Shown here one piece after another: positions 21,137-24,000 of a stretch of DNA of 24,000 nt. Source of the stretch: Citrobacter europaeus (GTDB lineage: Bacteria > Pseudomonadota > Gammaproteobacteria > Enterobacterales > Enterobacteriaceae). The stretch's first letter is position 1, and each line of letters opens with the position of its first letter. Where the stretch lies: the NCBI GenBank assembly GCA_020099315.1, contig CP083650.1, forward strand, positions 972,469 to 996,468, given 5' to 3'. The position numbers and the translations under genes were made by a program. The notes under the pieces are model-generated. The model was not told the origin of the DNA. It saw nothing but the letters and a program-made list of their open reading frames with translations, and did no database searches.

Positions 21137-24000
21137 ATGAAAAAGGATCCGGTTCGTTTTTCCCAGCGTTTGCTAAGCGGCATGTTGAGTTTCCTGCTGG
21201 CTACCCAACCACTGCTTCCGGCGATGGCTGCCGTCATCACGCCTGAAGGCAATACGCAGATGGATAAAGCCGCCAATGGTGTTCCGGTGGTGAATATTGC
21301 CACGCCGAACCAGTCCGGGATTTCACACAATAAATATAACGACTACAACGTGGGAAAAGAGGGGCTGATCCTTAACAACGCGACCGGGCAATTTACCCAA
21401 ACTCAGCTCGGCGGCATTATCCAGAATAACCCAAACCTACAGCCAGGAAAGGAAGCTTCAGGGATCATCAACGAAGTTACCGGCGCTAACCGTTCGCAAC
21501 TGCAGGGCTATACCGAAGTTGCGGGGAAAGCCGCCAACGTCATGGTCGCTAACCCCTATGGCATTACCTGTAATGGTTGTGGATTTATCAACACGCCTAA
21601 CGCCACCCTGACCACTGGTAAACCTGTGTTGGACGCCAATGGCAACCTGCAGTCGCTGGATGTAAGCAAGGGCAGTATTACCATCGAAGGTAAGGGGTTG
21701 GATGGTAGCCAGAGCGATGCAGTGTCGATTATTGCTCGCGCCACGGAAATCAATGCTGCGCTACACGCCAAAGATTTGACAGTTATCGCTGGGGCGAATC
21801 GCGTTGCGGCGAATGGCCAGACGAGCCCGCTAAATGGCGAAGGAGAAGCACCGAAAATCGCGGTTGATACCGGCGCGTTAGGCGGCATGTATGCTAATCG
21901 AATTCATTTGGTCTCCAGCGAGAAAGGGCTGGGGGTCAACCTCGGGAATCTGAATGCCCGTCAGGGTGATATCACCCTCAATGCTAACGGGAAATTAACG
22001 ATCGGCAACAGTCTGGCAAATGGTGGTCTTTCTGCCAGGGGCGAAGGCGTCACGCTAACCGGTAGTCATAAGACCGCAAGCGGGATGACCATCAACAGCA
22101 CCGGGGCGTTAGCGCTACAGGATGCAAATCTCTCCAGCGGCGCAAACGTGCAGTTGGGTAGCGATGGCAAGGTGACGATCGATGGTGGCGGGATTGCCGC
22201 AGCTGGCGAGTTGCAGGTGGCTGCTAAACAGGATGTAGCCGTTGCTGCAACCACTCTGGTTAGCCAGAAAAACACCTCACTGCGCAGTGACGGCTCGCTG
22301 ACAGTCACCGACGGCAACCTGACCAGCAAAGAAAAACTGGATGTCGAGGGTACTCATGGACTGACGCTGACCCGTTCCACGCTGGGTAGCGATGCTGATG
22401 TTAGCCTTAACAGTAACGGCGATCTGTCGGCGAAAGGGGGATTGCTCTCAGCAGGTAACGGATTAACGCTGAAGGCGCAGCGCATAGCACTGGATAACGC
22501 CAGTCGGGCCGATGCGAAAGGCGCATTAAGCCTGACCGGTAGCGAAATGAACAACCAGGGACAGGTTAATGCGGGAGATGCTTTATCTCTCTCCGGTGAC
22601 CTCCTCGTTAATGGTGGTCAACTGGCGGCAATCGGCAGTCTTGATACTTCTGTCAGCAGCCTTAGTAACACAGGTCTGATGCAGGGTAACAGCGTATCGG
22701 TCCGCAGCGGGTCGCTGGATAATATGGGCACGCTGGCGAGCGGCAGCCAGCTTTCAGTTCAGACGGCATCGCTCAACCAGCAGGGGATCCTGAGCGCGAA
22801 AAACGATGCGGATATCCGGGCAGATGTCACGCTGCGTAATAGTGGAAAGTTGCTCTCTGATGGCACTCTAACGGTGCAGGCCGCGTCAGTTGAACAATAT
22901 GGCGTCCTCTCTGGCAACCAGGGGGTAACGCTCAATGCTGAAAACCTCACTGCCGCGAAAGATTCGCTGATCGCCGGGCAACAAGACATACGGTTAAACG
23001 TTACGCAAAACCTTAACCTGAACGGTCAGGTTAATGCCGCCGGTGCGCTTAACGTCGGTGCAAAGCAACTGACTACCGGCAAAGGCGGTCATTTACAGAG
23101 CGGTCTGGACCTTGCGATTACCGGCAACAGCGTGATGCTGGACGGCGTACAGGCGGCGAAAGGTTCGCTGGATGTGACGGCTGACAGGCTCAGTCATGGC
23201 GGGAAATCCACCGGGGCACGCGTTGGTTTCAGCGCACAGCAGTCAGTTGATAACCATGGCGAACTGTTGGCAGACACCCTGACGCTCAGCGCGGCGACGC
23301 TGACTCATAGCGGCAGCGCCAGCGCTGAACGCATCTCGATTATTGCACCTGAACTGCTGACCAGCAGCGGCTCTCTGATAGCCGACACGCTAACTCTCCA
23401 CAGTCAGCATGTTGTGAATAGCGGTCTGATGCAGGGCAACGCGGCAATGGACCTGCAGATTGATAAGTTAGATAACCTTAGCGGCGGCTCGCTCTATGCC
23501 AGGCATTCTCTGGCGTTGGATATTCCGTATCTGACCAACCATGGGCTGATTACCACCGACGGTTCATTGCATCTCAACGGCCGCCAGTTGGTTAACGGCG
23601 GAGAAATTAACGGCGTTAATCTGCAAAGTGAATATGCGACGGTAAAAAACGAGGCCGCGGGGCGCCTGCTGGCGGACACGTCATTATCTGTTAACGGACA
23701 GCAGACAGATAACCTCGGACTCATGGCTGCTGATACTCTCGCGCTGAACAGTCAGGACGTGAAAAACGACGGGAATGTGTTGTCGGTGGGTGAATTGAGC
23801 CTGAAGAGTCAGACCCTGCACAACACCGGCTTGCTGCAGGGCGGCACGCTGAATCTGGAAGCAAATACGTGGCAAAACAGCGGTAATGCGTTGGGTGAAA
23901 CGGGGGTAACGGCGACAGTACACGACGCGTTCACTAACCAGGGCAAGGTACTCAGTCAACAAGGTATGACCGTGCATGCCGCCAGTGCGAATAACAGCGG
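21137..24000 (+). CDS. cdiA: CdiA-like / filamentous-hemagglutinin-family TPS exoprotein, N-terminal ~954 codons only (open at window end)
   Basis: This ORF is absent from the ORF track because it has no stop in the window. I translated it by hand in the frame of the ATG at 21137: [84 protein letters not shown]...QNNPNL...[20 protein letters not shown]. This is the hemagglutination-activity (TPS) domain with NPNL/NPxGI motifs and closely parallels the E. coli CdiA N-terminus from memory. From about 22000 onward come degenerate ~20-aa Gly/Leu/Asn/Ser-rich FHA-type beta-helix repeats. It starts 12 nt after the cdiB stop. Confidence 0.9.
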   Translation, partial: MKKDPVRFSQRLLSGMLSFLLATQPLLPAMAAVITPEGNTQMDKAANGVPVVNIATPNQSGISHNKYNDYNVGKEGLILNNATGQFTQTQLGGIIQNNPNLQPGKEASGIINEVTGANRSQLQGYTEVAGKAANVMVANPYGITCNGCGFINTPNATLTTGKPVLDANGNLQSLDVSKGSITIEGKGLDGSQSDAVSIIARATEINAALHAKDLTVIAGANRVAANGQTSPLNGEGEAPKIAVDTGALGGMYANRIHLVSSEKGLGVNLGNLNARQGDITLNANGKLTIGNSLANGGLSARGEGVTLTGSHKTASGMTINSTGALALQDANLSSGANVQLGSDGKVTIDGGGIAAAGELQVAAKQDVAVAATTLVSQKNTSLRSDGSLTVTDGNLTSKEKLDVEGTHGLTLTRSTLGSDADVSLNSNGDLSAKGGLLSAGNGLTLKAQRIALDNASRADAKGALSLTGSEMNNQGQVNAGDALSLSGDLLVNGGQLAAIGSLDTSVSSLSNTGLMQGNSVSVRSGSLDNMGTLASGSQLSVQTASLNQQGILSAKNDADIRADVTLRNSGKLLSDGTLTVQAASVEQYGVLSGNQGVTLNAENLTAAKDSLIAGQQDIRLNVTQNLNLNGQVNAAGALNVGAKQLTTGKGGHLQSGLDLAITGNSVMLDGVQAAKGSLDVTADRLSHGGKSTGARVGFSAQQSVDNHGELLADTLTLSAATLTHSGSASAERISIIAPELLTSSGSLIADTLTLHSQHVVNSGLMQGNAAMDLQIDKLDNLSGGSLYARHSLALDIPYLTNHGLITTDGSLHLNGRQLVNGGEINGVNLQSEYATVKNEAAGRLLADTSLSVNGQQTDNLGLMAADTLALNSQDVKNDGNVLSVGELSLKSQTLHNTGLLQGGTLNLEANTWQNSGNALGETGVTATVHDAFTNQGKVLSQQGMTVHAASANNS

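Noticed and set aside
21556-23977. Series of 66-110-aa minus-strand ORFs across the cdiA region
   Set aside because: They are artefacts of the repetitive Gly/Ala/Ser/Leu-rich cdiA coding sequence. The plus-strand frame from 21137 is open for the whole 2.86 kb and carries the TPS domain.

Overview
This is an Enterobacteriaceae chromosomal segment. The proteins are clearly homologous to E. coli K-12 but diverged, which fits Citrobacter or a close relative; that is my judgement from memory, not a search. Gene order is: a globin-coupled GGDEF diguanylate cyclase (DosC-like), yahN, yahO, prpR and the divergent sigma-54 dependent prpBCDE operon. Next comes a short insert carrying a YceK-like lipoprotein and a Phd/YefM-ParE-like toxin-antitoxin pair. 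After it come the complete lac operon (lacA, lacY, lacZ on the minus strand) with an intact E. coli-type control region (O1, O2, O3, CAP site, promoter) and lacI, then a SAM-dependent methyltransferase. A visibly AT-rich stretch follows, encoding an uncharacterised multi-pass membrane protein. The window ends in a two-partner-secretion / contact-dependent-inhibition locus: cdiB, plus the first ~954 codons of a cdiA-like filamentous exoprotein that runs off the 3' end. Most of the window (0.2-10.3 kb and 11.4-17.7 kb) is ordinary core metabolism. The accessory parts worth a second look are the REP-bounded lipoprotein/TA insert (10.3-11.45 kb) and the AT-rich islet plus CDI locus (18.46-24 kb). 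The CDI toxin tip and immunity gene lie outside the window. I saw no tRNA or rRNA, no CRISPR array, and no transposase or integrase. I found no clearly novel multi-gene system. The strongest candidate for something undescribed is the orphan membrane protein beside the CDI locus, and that remains speculative.
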